From Paramoeba atlantica (taxonomy: Eukaryota; Protista; Discosea): a stretch of 64,000 nucleotides of DNA. Below are positions 11,197 to 21,332 of this stretch, one piece after another (the first letter of the stretch is position 1; each line of letters starts with the position of its first letter). The notes under the pieces were generated by a model that searched no databases, was not told the DNA's origin, and saw only the letters and a list, made by a program, of their open reading frames with translations. A program made the translations under genes and the position numbers. The stretch spans positions 372,001 through 436,000 of the forward strand of contig CDRNVI010000140.1 of the NCBI GenBank assembly GCA_977017575.1, written 5' to 3'.

Positions 11197-12606
11197 CTAA
11201 GATGGCTCAAGTTTCTTACACAATTTCTTTCCATCTGAATATATGATATGCTTTGTCCCCTTCTCATCCATACCCTCAATTTTCACCCATTCCTGCTTGA
11301 AACACAGTTCTTTGAGAATTTGTTTCATTTCTTCAGTTTGACTGTGATCTGGGTTGTTGAGGAGAGCCGAGAAAGCAGACATACTTTGCCGCACTCTTGT
11401 TAAAGCAGTCACAACATATTCAACAAGACAACGAGCACACAAGAAGTGATCTGCAACCCATCGAGCATTTGCCACTAAATGTTTACGTTCTTCAGAGTTA
11501 TTCAACACATGAAGAACAACAGATTTCGCTGTTTCTCTGTTGATCACTCTGTGTGTGTGCTTGTTTTTTAAAGCAGGAAAATACCATTGCTCTGCTCCTT
11601 CTTCACTTATCATAGGTCCAGTCCAAATAAATACAACACCACCCATCAACCATAAATGGTTCAGGTTTCGAGAGTAACTTCCTCGAGTTGATCCAGGAAG
11701 ATCAAGAAACATCGAATAATTCGAAAAAGAATTGTGTTTAACAGAGTTCCCTTTCAGAGGAGAACAATGGCGCATCACTTTGATTTCATCACGAGTGTAG
11801 TTGAAAATATGAGAACAAAACGTGGAGTTCCACTCCATGGCACAAGTCGTGGCCTTGATGTCAAACAATTTTGGGTTTTTGGTTGACAACGTTAAAGCTG
11901 ATAACCTTGCGAAGTTTCCTGAGGCAACATCACAGGATTGGTTCATGTTCCTTGCAGTTAACTTCCCACGCCAAAAAAGTTTATGGTTTCTCGTTTCCCA
12001 CTTTCTTTTGTCTGCAATCTTTAACAAATTCGACATCTCTTTTTTCCAAACAGATAAGTCGTTGAAATAAGGGTTGGGGAACAAAATTCCACATTGTTTG
12101 TGGCGCTTTTTGGCAATCACGAAAGTTGGAACGATCGAACCACAACCCGGCGAAGGAAGCTCTCCTGTAGACCCAATCAAAAATGAATATGCTATTTTCT
12201 TCGTTTTCAATTTTTGGAGATCTTTGGCAACTTGACTGTCCAAACGCCAATCTTTCTTTGTTAAAACTGACCACATGAATCGTAAATGCAGACGATTCTT
12301 CATCTCTTCAAGGAATTGTTTTTGGACGTATAATTTCCCATCAACGATCCAAACTCCCAGTGAAGGCGATTGGAGATGTTCTCTCAAGAAATCAAAAGCT
12401 GAGTGATTTCTCTTGTTGTTCAGTTTGGTGTGGAAGTCGACTGATTGATCGAGAACTTTATACACCCTCGCTTTCGTCGCTTTCGTGGCATCCCAATCAT
12501 ATTGCAATCGATCAGGGTCATCAACTGGCAACGGGAGCGAAGAGTACAAAAAGAGGATGAGAAAAAAGAGGAGTTTTGGTCCGCCCCAAAAACATCTCGC
12601 TTTCAT
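11197..12606 (-). CDS. GT90/CAP10-like glycosyltransferase, array copy 2; intronless
   Basis: 469-aa ORF with the same motifs as copy 1; the most divergent N-terminus (MKARCFWGGPKLL). Confidence 0.72.
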   Translation of the reverse strand: MKARCFWGGPKLLFFLILFLYSSLPLPVDDPDRLQYDWDATKATKARVYKVLDQSVDFHTKLNNKRNHSAFDFLREHLQSPSLGVWIVDGKLYVQKQFLEEMKNRLHLRFMWSVLTKKDWRLDSQVAKDLQKLKTKKIAYSFLIGSTGELPSPGCGSIVPTFVIAKKRHKQCGILFPNPYFNDLSVWKKEMSNLLKIADKRKWETRNHKLFWRGKLTARNMNQSCDVASGNFARLSALTLSTKNPKLFDIKATTCAMEWNSTFCSHIFNYTRDEIKVMRHCSPLKGNSVKHNSFSNYSMFLDLPGSTRGSYSRNLNHLWLMGGVVFIWTGPMISEEGAEQWYFPALKNKHTHRVINRETAKSVVLHVLNNSEERKHLVANARWVADHFLCARCLVEYVVTALTRVRQSMSAFSALLNNPDHSQTEEMKQILKELCFKQEWVKIEGMDEKGTKHIIYSDGKKLCKKLEPS

Positions 12607-12929
12607 GAAAACCTAACCAACCAACCAACCAACCAACCAGCCAACCAACCAGCCAACAACACGTTCCAGCCGCACAAATAAAAAGAAAAGAAAAAAAATG
12701 GCTTTTTCAAAAGGAGCTTTTTCCCAAAGGAGGTTGTTCGGAAGGTCGGAAAAACACAAGACCTTTTGCATTCAAAAATGAAAGTCAAGTTTTTTAATTT
12801 GGTCTGCAAAAAAATAATTGATCTGTGTTGTGTTTTGTCCCTCCATTAAGTGAAGGAGAAATTGTTCCTGAAAGAACTTTGAATGTAATTGAGGTTTTCT
12901 TCAATTTCCCTCGTGTGCAATATGTTTAA

Positions 12930-14363
12930 CTATTCAAAAAAATATTCAAAGAAATTGAAATTATCCTGATTCGGAGATGGTTTGAGCTTCTGACACAATT
13001 CTTTCCCATTTGAGAATATGATATGTTTTGGTGGGTCCTCCTCGTCCAGACCCTCAATTTTCACCCATTTTTGTTGTAAACACAGTTCTTTGAGAATTTG
13101 TTTCATTTCTTTAGTTTGACTGTGATCTGGGTTGTTGAGGAGGGTTGAAAAAGCAGACATACTTTGCTGAACTCTTGTTAAAGCAGTCACAACATATTCG
13201 ACTTGACAATGCGCGCACAAGAAGTGATTCGCAACCCCTCGAGCATTTGCCACTAAATGTTTACGCTCTTCAGAGTTATTCAACACATGAAAAACAACAG
13301 ATTTCGCTGTTTCTCTGTTGATTATTCTGTGTGTATGTTTATCCTTTAAAGCAGGAAAATACCATTGTTCTGCTCCTTCTTTTTCCATCATAGGTCCAGT
13401 CCAAATAAATACAACACCACCCATCAACCATAAATGGTTCAGGTTTCGAGAGTAACTTCCTCGAGATCCTCCAGGAAGATCAAGAAACATCGAAAATCTC
13501 GAAAATTTTTCGTGTACATATTCCTTCCCAATTAGACGAGAACAATGACGCATTGCTTCGATTTCATCACGAGTGTAGTTGTAAATATGAGAACAATATG
13601 TGGAGTTCCACTCCATGGTACATTCTATGGCCTTGATATCAAAAAAGTTTGGGTTGGTGCTTGATAGCGTTAAAGCTGATAACCTTGCAAACTTTCCTGA
13701 GGCACCATCACAGGAGGTGGGTGTACCTTGCGCAGTTAACTGTCCACGCCAAAAAAGTTTGTGGGTTCTCAATTCCCAATGTCTCTGGTCTGCAATCTTT
13801 AACAATTCCGACATCTCTTCTTTCCACACAGATAAGTCGTTGAAATAAGGGTTTGGGAACAAAATTCCACATTCTTTGGGGTGCTTTTTGGCAATCACGA
13901 AAGTTGTGATCATATCACAATCCAAAGAAAGATCTCCTGTAGAACCCATCGAAAATGAATATGCTATTTTCTTCGTTTTCAATTTTTGGAGATCTTTGGT
14001 TCTTTGACTGTCCAAACGCCAATCTTCCTTCGTTAAAACCGACCACATGAATCGCAAATGCAGACGATTCTTCACCTCTTCAAGGAATCTTTTGTGGACG
14101 TATAATTTCCCATCAACGATCCAAACTGCTTGCAAGTTTTTCAGGTGTTTTCTCAAGAAATCAAAAGCTGAATGGTTTCTTTTGTTGTTCAGTTTGGTGT
14201 GGAAGTCGATTGATTGGTCGAGAACTTGGTACACTTTCGATTTCGCGGAATCCCAATCATATCGTAATCGACCGGGGCCACCAATTAGCCACGAGAATGA
14301 AGAGTACAAAAAGAGAAGAAAAAAGAGGAGTTTCGTCCCACCCCAACAACATCTGACTCGCAT
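12930..14363 (-). CDS. GT90/CAP10-like glycosyltransferase, array copy 3; intronless
   Basis: ATG of MRVRCCWGG at 14363; same motifs as copy 1. Confidence 0.72.
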   Translation of the reverse strand: MRVRCCWGGTKLLFFLLFLYSSFSWLIGGPGRLRYDWDSAKSKVYQVLDQSIDFHTKLNNKRNHSAFDFLRKHLKNLQAVWIVDGKLYVHKRFLEEVKNRLHLRFMWSVLTKEDWRLDSQRTKDLQKLKTKKIAYSFSMGSTGDLSLDCDMITTFVIAKKHPKECGILFPNPYFNDLSVWKEEMSELLKIADQRHWELRTHKLFWRGQLTAQGTPTSCDGASGKFARLSALTLSSTNPNFFDIKAIECTMEWNSTYCSHIYNYTRDEIEAMRHCSRLIGKEYVHEKFSRFSMFLDLPGGSRGSYSRNLNHLWLMGGVVFIWTGPMMEKEGAEQWYFPALKDKHTHRIINRETAKSVVFHVLNNSEERKHLVANARGVANHFLCAHCQVEYVVTALTRVQQSMSAFSTLLNNPDHSQTKEMKQILKELCLQQKWVKIEGLDEEDPPKHIIFSNGKELCQKLKPSPNQDNFNFFEYFFE

Positions 14364-14600
14364 GAAAACTGCCAACCCCAACCAAAAAACGAACAACAAA
14401 AACAAAAACAAAAAAAAACTCCAAAAAGGGCCAACCTTTCCCAAAATTAGATAAAAGAGGTTTGTTTCCTTCTTCTGCCCCATTTTTTGATTTGCTCAAA
14501 AAATTGTGCCAAAAAATTGATCTGTGTTGTGTTTTATGAAAGAGAGAGTCGAAAAAGGTTTTGAATGTAATTGAGGTTCGCTTCAAACAAACCCTTTTCT

Positions 14601-16070
14601 TTAGGTCACAGTGCTCAATATGTTTAACTCTTTTTTTAAAAAATTTTCAAAGAAATTCGATTTGTCCTGTGTCTGATTCTGAAATGGTTTAAGCTTCTGA
14701 CACAATTCTTTCCCATTTGAGAATATGAGATGTTTTGAATCCTCCTTGTCCAGACCTTCGATTTTCACCCACTTTTGGTTTAAACACAGTTCTTTGAGAA
14801 TTTGTTTCATTTTTTCGGTTTGACTGTGATCTGGGTTGTTGAGGAGAGTTGAAAAAGCAGACATACTTTGCTGAACTCTTGTTAAAGCAGTCACAACATA
14901 TTCAACAAGACAACGAGCACACAAGAAGTGATCTGCAACCCATCGAGCATTTGCCACTAAATGTTTACGTTCTTCAGAGTTATTCAACACATGAAAAACA
15001 ACAGATTTCGCTGTTTCTCTGTTGATCACTCTGTGTGTATGTTTATCCTTTAAAGCAGGAAAATACCATTGTTCTGCTCCTTCTTTTTCCATCATAGGTC
15101 CAGTCCAAATAAATACAACACCACCCATCAACCACAGATGGTTCAGGTTTCGAGAGTAACTCCCTCGAGATCCTCCAGGAAGATCAAGAAACAATGCAAA
15201 TCTCGGAAATTTGTGGTGTCTGAATTCCTTCCCAATTAGACGATGGCAATGCTGCATCGCTTTGATTTCATCGAGAGTGTAGTTGTAAATATGAGAACAA
15301 AACGTGGAGTTCCACTCCATGGTACATTCTGTGGCCTTGATATCAAACATTTTTGAGTTGGTGCTTGATAGCGTTAAAGCTGATAACCTTGCAAACTTTC
15401 CTGAGGCACCATCACAGGAGGTGGGCGTACCTTGCGCAGTTAACTGTCCACGCCAAAAAAGTTTATGGTTTCTCGTTTCCCACTTTCTTTTGTCTGCAAT
15501 CTTTAACAAATTCGACATCTCTTCTTTCCAAACAGATAAGTCGTTGAAATAAGGGTTGGGGAACAAAATTCCACATTCTTTGGGGTGCTTTTTGGCAATC
15601 ACGAAAGTTGGAACGATCATATCACAATCCGAAGGAAGCTCTCCTGTAGACCCCATCGAAAAGGAGTACGCTATTTTCTTCGTTTTCAATTTTTGGAGAT
15701 CTTTGGCAACTCGATTGTCCAAACGCCAATCTTCCTTCGTTAAAACTGACCACATGAATCGCAAATGCAGACGATTCTTCACCTCTTCAAGGAATCTTTT
15801 GTGGACGTATAATTTCCCATCAACGATCCAAATTGCTTCCAAGTTTTTCAGGTGTTTTCTCAAGAAATCAAAAGCTGAATGGTTTCTTTTGTTGTTCAGT
15901 TTGGTGTGGAAGTTGGCTGATTGGTCGAGAACTTGGTACATTCTCGATTTCGCGGAATCCCAATCATATCGTAATCGATCAGGGCCACCAATTAGCCACG
16001 AGAATGAAGAGTACAAAAGGATGAGAAAAAAGAGGAGTTTCGTCCCACCCCAACAACATCTGACTCGCAT
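14601..16070 (-). CDS. GT90/CAP10-like glycosyltransferase, array copy 4; intronless
   Basis: ATG of MRVRCCWGG at 16070; same motifs as copy 1. Confidence 0.72.
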   Translation of the reverse strand: MRVRCCWGGTKLLFFLILLYSSFSWLIGGPDRLRYDWDSAKSRMYQVLDQSANFHTKLNNKRNHSAFDFLRKHLKNLEAIWIVDGKLYVHKRFLEEVKNRLHLRFMWSVLTKEDWRLDNRVAKDLQKLKTKKIAYSFSMGSTGELPSDCDMIVPTFVIAKKHPKECGILFPNPYFNDLSVWKEEMSNLLKIADKRKWETRNHKLFWRGQLTAQGTPTSCDGASGKFARLSALTLSSTNSKMFDIKATECTMEWNSTFCSHIYNYTLDEIKAMQHCHRLIGKEFRHHKFPRFALFLDLPGGSRGSYSRNLNHLWLMGGVVFIWTGPMMEKEGAEQWYFPALKDKHTHRVINRETAKSVVFHVLNNSEERKHLVANARWVADHFLCARCLVEYVVTALTRVQQSMSAFSTLLNNPDHSQTEKMKQILKELCLNQKWVKIEGLDKEDSKHLIFSNGKELCQKLKPFQNQTQDKSNFFENFLKKELNILSTVT

Positions 16071-16276
16071 GAAAACTGCCAACCCCAACCAACCAACCAA
16101 CCAAAAAACGAAAACAAAAAAAACTCAAAAAGGGCCAACCTTTCCCAAAATTAGATAAAAGAGGTTTGTTTCCTTCTTCAAAAAAATTGTTTTGTGAAAG
16201 AGAGATTGATCCGAAAAAGGTTTTGAATGTAATTGAGGTTCGCTTCAAACAAACCCTTTTCTTTAGGTCACAGTGT

Positions 16277-17740
16277 TCAATATGTTTCACTCTTTTTAAA
16301 AAAAAATTCAAAGAAATTCGATTTGTCCTGTGTCTCATTCTGAAATGGTTTAAGCTTCTGACACAATTTCTTTCCATCTGAAAATATGATATGCTTTGTC
16401 CCCTCCTCATCCAGACCCTCAATTTTTACCCATTTTTGTTGTAAACACAGTTCTTTGAGAATTTGTTTCATTTCTTTAGTTTGACTGTGATCTGGGTTGT
16501 TGAGGAGGGTTGAAAAAGCAGACATACTTTGCTGAACTCTTGTTAAAGCAGTCACAGCATATTCAACAAGACAATCAGCACACAAGAGGTGATTCGCAAC
16601 CCCTCGAGCATTTGCCACTAAATGTTTACGTTCTTTTGAGTTATTCAACACATGAAGAACAACAGATTTCGCTGTTTCTCTGTTGATCACTCTGTGTGTC
16701 TGTTTATCCTTTAAAGCAGGAAAATACCATTGTTCTGCTCCTTCTTTTCCCATCATAGGTCCAGTCCAAATAAATACAACACCACCCATCAACCACAGAT
16801 GGTTCAGGTTTCGAGAGTAACTTCCTCGAGATCCTCCAGGAAGATCAAGAAACATCGAATAATTCGAAAAAGAATTGTGTTTAACAGAGTTCCCTTTCAG
16901 AGGAGAACAATGGCGCATCGCTTTGATTTCATCACGAGTGTAGTTGTAAATCTGAGAACAATATGTAGAGTCCCACTTCATGGTACATTCTGTGGCCTTG
17001 ATGTCAAACAATTTTGGGTTGGTGCTTGACAACGTTAAAGCTGATAACCTTGCAAACTTTCCTGAGGCACCATCACAGGAGGTGGGCGTACCCTGCAGGG
17101 TGGATGTGCCATGGGCAGTTAACTGTCCACGCCAAAAAAGTTTATGGATTCTCGATTCCCAATCTCTCTCGTCTGCAATCTTTAACAAACTCGACATCTC
17201 TTCTTTCCAAACAGATAAGTCGTTGAAATAAGGGTTGGGGAACAAAATTCCACATTCTTTGGGGTGCTTTTTGGCAATCACGAAAGTTGGAACGATCATA
17301 TCACAATCCGAAGGAAGATCTCCTGTGGATCCTGTCGAAAATGAATATGCTATTTTCATCGTTTTCAATTTTTGGAGATCTTTGGCAACTTGATTGTCCA
17401 AACGCCAATCTTTCTTCGTTAAAACTGACCACATGAATCGTAAATGCAGACGATTCTTTAGCGCTTCGAGGAATCGTTTTGGGACGTATAATTTCCCATC
17501 AACGATCCAAACTGTCTGTGAAGACGGTTGGAGGTGTTCTCTCAAGAAATCAAAAGCTGAATGGTTTCTTTTGTTGTTCAGTTTGGTGTGGTAGTCGATT
17601 GATTGGTTGAGAGCTTGATACATTCTCGATTTCGCGGATTTCCAATCATAGTGTAATCGATCAAGGTCATCAATTAGCCACGAGAATGAAGAGGAGAAAA
17701 AGAGGAGAAAAAAGAGGAGTTTCGTCCCACCCAACAACAT
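16277..17740 (-). CDS. GT90/CAP10-like glycosyltransferase, array copy 5; homologous ATG (17751) is out of frame, alternative ATG at 17740
   Basis: One G is missing in tgg(g)gtggg, so the downstream ATG (MLLGGTKLLFFLL) is the in-frame one. It carries a 7-aa insertion (AHGTSTLQGTPTSCD). Confidence 0.65.
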   Translation of the reverse strand: MLLGGTKLLFFLLFFSSSFSWLIDDLDRLHYDWKSAKSRMYQALNQSIDYHTKLNNKRNHSAFDFLREHLQPSSQTVWIVDGKLYVPKRFLEALKNRLHLRFMWSVLTKKDWRLDNQVAKDLQKLKTMKIAYSFSTGSTGDLPSDCDMIVPTFVIAKKHPKECGILFPNPYFNDLSVWKEEMSSLLKIADERDWESRIHKLFWRGQLTAHGTSTLQGTPTSCDGASGKFARLSALTLSSTNPKLFDIKATECTMKWDSTYCSQIYNYTRDEIKAMRHCSPLKGNSVKHNSFSNYSMFLDLPGGSRGSYSRNLNHLWLMGGVVFIWTGPMMGKEGAEQWYFPALKDKQTHRVINRETAKSVVLHVLNNSKERKHLVANARGVANHLLCADCLVEYAVTALTRVQQSMSAFSTLLNNPDHSQTKEMKQILKELCLQQKWVKIEGLDEEGTKHIIFSDGKKLCQKLKPFQNETQDKSNFFEFFFKKSETY

Positions 17741-18114
17741 CTGATTCGCATGAAAACTGCCAACCCCACCTAACAACAAACAACAAACAACAAACAACAA
17801 AAACAACAACAACAAAAACGAGGAGCCAAAACAGCCAACCGACCAACCTTTCTCGACCACAAAAAGAACAAAAAGAACGGCTAAAAAATAGAAACCTATT
17901 TTTAACGATGATTTTTAATTATAGGTTCCTAATTGTATTGAAAATTAAATTGGACCCGTTGAAATAGAAAAGAATCGAAAAAAAGAACAATTTAATAGTA
18001 TTCTCCTCGATTTTCTCTTTTTGGAAAAATGAGGAGTTTTCCAAACTTTTTTCTTTTTTCGTCCTCTCTTTTTTGTCCTTTTCTTTGTTTCTTGTCAAAG
18101 AAAGAGAGTGAGAG

Positions 18115-21100
18115 ATGCGTTTGGTGTTTTTGGTTTGTTTGTTGGTGGGGTTTACCCTCGCTAATGATTATCAAGTTATTCATCATAGGTTTTTCTTTTT
18201 TGTTTTCTTTTTTTGGAATAATTTTGAACATTTGATTTTTCAGAGGCCGAATCCCTTCTTACTATGAAGAAGTCCCTGTGACTCGTAATTCTGGTTTCTT
18301 TTTTCTTTTCTTTTTTCTTTTCTTTCTTTTTTTTTTAAACAATTTTGCTTTTAGAATGGGAAACCACCCCTGTGACTTTCCATATCACTTTGAAGCAACG
18401 AAACCTTGATGTTTTGGATGATTTGTTCTGGAGAATCTCCAACCCTAAGGATTCCATGTACGGAAAACACAAGACCGCTAAGGTAAAACCACTCTCTCTT
18501 TTCTCTCGAGGTGTTTGAGGACTTTTGTTTTGAAGAATTTTTTTTTCTTGTTTTGTTTTGGGTTCTTTCTTCTAACAAAAAGAAAAAATAGGAAATTAGA
18601 GATCTTGTTTCCCCTCCAGAAAGTGACCGCGAGGCTGTTCTCACCTGGGTTCAATCTGTTTACAAACAAGTTAGCCAAGGAGAAGATATCTTCCAACTTG
18701 AAGATCGTGGAGATTCTCTCAAGATCACAACAAGTGTTCGAGTCACTGAATCTCTTTTCCGAACAACTTTGTCCTCTTTCCGAAGAACCAAGGGCCCCAA
18801 CCAGAAGCATTTGTGGATTAAGTTTATTGACACTTTGTCAATCCCAACAGAACTTGGTATTTTTTTCTTTTCAGATTTTACTCTTAATTTTTCTTTTCTA
18901 ATTTTTTATTAATTTATTCTTTTTTTTTTTTCAAAGTGTCTATTGTGGATATTATCACAGGAATTGTTAAATTCAACCCCATTCCTCAGGTTTTTTCTCT
19001 TTTTCAGATTTTTCTTGCCTTTTCTTGCATATCACTCAAATCTTTTGTGTTCATCTTTAGGGTGTTCGTGTTTCAGAAGCTGATGAGGGAAGTTGCAATG
19101 TCCCATACACTATGAAGTTGATGTACAGTGTTGATTTGACTTTGAATGCCACCAACCAACAAGGTGCTTCTCAAGCTCCCTATTCTGAACAAGGAATCAA
19201 GAAAGAAGGGTTTGGAGCTGATGATGTTCTTCAATTCCAAAGTGAAAATAATTTGATCAATGATCCAATCACTAATATCATTGGAAATGATGTTGTCAAC
19301 TATATTGAGTCGGTTCATTTTTGTTTTTGACTTTTATTTTCTTTTTGTTTTTTGACTTTTTCGAAAGCCTAACATTTTTTTTTTTGTAAAATTAAAAAAA
19401 GGACACTGACACAGAGGCTGCATTGGATACACAAATGTTGACTGGATTCGGAAATGGAGCAAACACCAGTTTCTGGGTCATGAACGAGTGGATGTACGAA
19501 TTTGCTGCCGAAATTTTGAACACTGAAGACCCTCCTCTTGTCAACTCTATGAGCTACGGGTTTGGCTTATTTTTTTTTTCTCATTCTCTTTCTTTCTCTC
19601 TTTCTCTTTTTTTCTTAAAAGTTCATTTGTTTTTAGATGGTATGAAGATCAACAATGCAGTGTTGATGGAATGTGCTCCAAGGGTGAAACTGATGAAGAT
19701 TACGTTGATAGAACTAACACTGAATTCCAAAAGTTGGGAACCATGGTTTGTTCTTTGCCTTTTTTTTTCGGTTTCTTTTTCTTTTCTTTTTTAATGGGAA
19801 AAAAAATTAATAGGGAATTACAATGATTGCTTCTTCTGGTGATGATGGTACTGAGGTGACTTTTTCTTTGAATTTTTCTTTCTTTTCTTTCATTTTGGTT
19901 GAACAATTTTCGTTTTTTGTTTTTAGCCTGACAGAGGTTGTGATGAGATGAGACCTGACTTCCCAGCAAGTTCTGTCTATGTTCTTTCAGTCGGAGCCAC
20001 TGCTGTTGTCAACAACGGAACCACGTTTGTTTTTTCCTTTTTTTTGAAATGATTTTTTATGTGAAATTTGTTGACAAAAATTAAATAGTTACCCACTTGG
20101 ATCAAATGCTCCTCCCTCATGCTCTGACAGAAGTTGTGATTGCTCAACAAGCCGATACGAAGAAACTGGTTTGTTCTTTGATTAACAAAAACAATTGTTT
20201 GACCGATTTATCGTTTTTGAGTTCTTGAATTACTCACTTTGTTGTTTTCAGCAATGAAAACAAACAATGCTCATTTTGATACTGGTGGTGGTTTCTCTCA
20301 ATATCTCCCTCAACCAAGCTACCAAACAGATGTTGTTGAAGCTTATTTGAACAGTGTATGATTTTTTTCTGATTCTTTTTTTTTTTTTTTTACTTTTTGA
20401 TAATCATCAGATTTATTGAGAGTTGAATTGGTATTGTTTTTGTAATTTATTTTTTCGCCAACAGGGAGTTGCCCTTCCCAGCACACAATATTGGAATCCC
20501 AAGAACCGTGGATACCCTGATGTCACCGCTGTCGGTGCTGAAGTTTTGATTATTAAGAATGGAAGTTTTGTCATTTTTCTTTTTCTTTTTAGTATATTCT
20601 CTTTTAAAATGCTCTGAAATGACCACTAAAGATTTCACTTCCTTTTTTTTTTGTCATAATTAGGTCCCATTAAAGTTGGAGGAACCTCTGCTTCATGTCC
20701 TATTTGGGGAGGTTTGATCTCATTGTTGAATGCTGATCGTTTGAACGCTGGAAAATCCCCTCTTGGATTTGTCAACCCAATGTTTTACCAACTTTATGCT
20801 GAGGTTTGTTTCTCTCTTTTATATTACCATTCTTTCAAAATACAACCTTTTTTATTCTGTTTGACTCATCTCATTTTTAATTTTTATTTCACAAAAATAT
20901 AGCAACCACAAGCCTTCCGTGATATCACCGTCGGAACCAATGGTGGTGGATGCGATAATCTTGCTTTCCAAGCAACTACTGGCTGGGTTTGTTTCTCTTT
21001 CAATCCACAAAAGACAAAATTATTATTTGAATTTTGTAAAACAAAAACTATAAAAATGACACTTTTAAATCACAGGATCCTTTGTCTGGATTGGGATCTC

Positions 21101-21144
21101 CTAACTTTGATAAAATTCGTGCGTATGTTGCCACCTTGCCTTGA
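18115..21144 (+). CDS. Tripeptidyl-peptidase I / sedolisin (S53) family peptidase, paralogue B; multi-exon
   Basis: MRLVFLVCLLVGFTLA signal; LKQRNLD, EAALDTQ, ASGDDG, NRGYPDV, VGGTSASCP and GWDPLSGLGSPNF; near-identical exon structure to paralogue A. Confidence 0.92.
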
Positions 21145-21332
21145 GAGGAGAGAGTGTTGGCTTCTTTTACCCGATTTCAAAATTCATAAAAAGGCTTATG
21201 TTTTGAAAGATCTAAACAGACATTTTTTCTTTTCTTTCTCTTTCAATTTTTTTTGGAGGTGATATGATCATCCACACACACACACTTTGTTTGTTCAGAA
21301 AAAAAAAGAAATTATTTCATTTTGATGAATGA

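Noticed and set aside
11004-11199. Stop-codon readthrough fusing GT90 copy 2 to copy 1 (same frame)
   Set aside because: A second in-frame TAA lies 7 codons downstream (11176-11178), so the shared frame is likely coincidental.
10250-17594. Recurrent plus-strand ORFs inside the GT90 genes
   Set aside because: They are antisense shadows that recur only because the sense genes are duplicated; they have no independent motifs.
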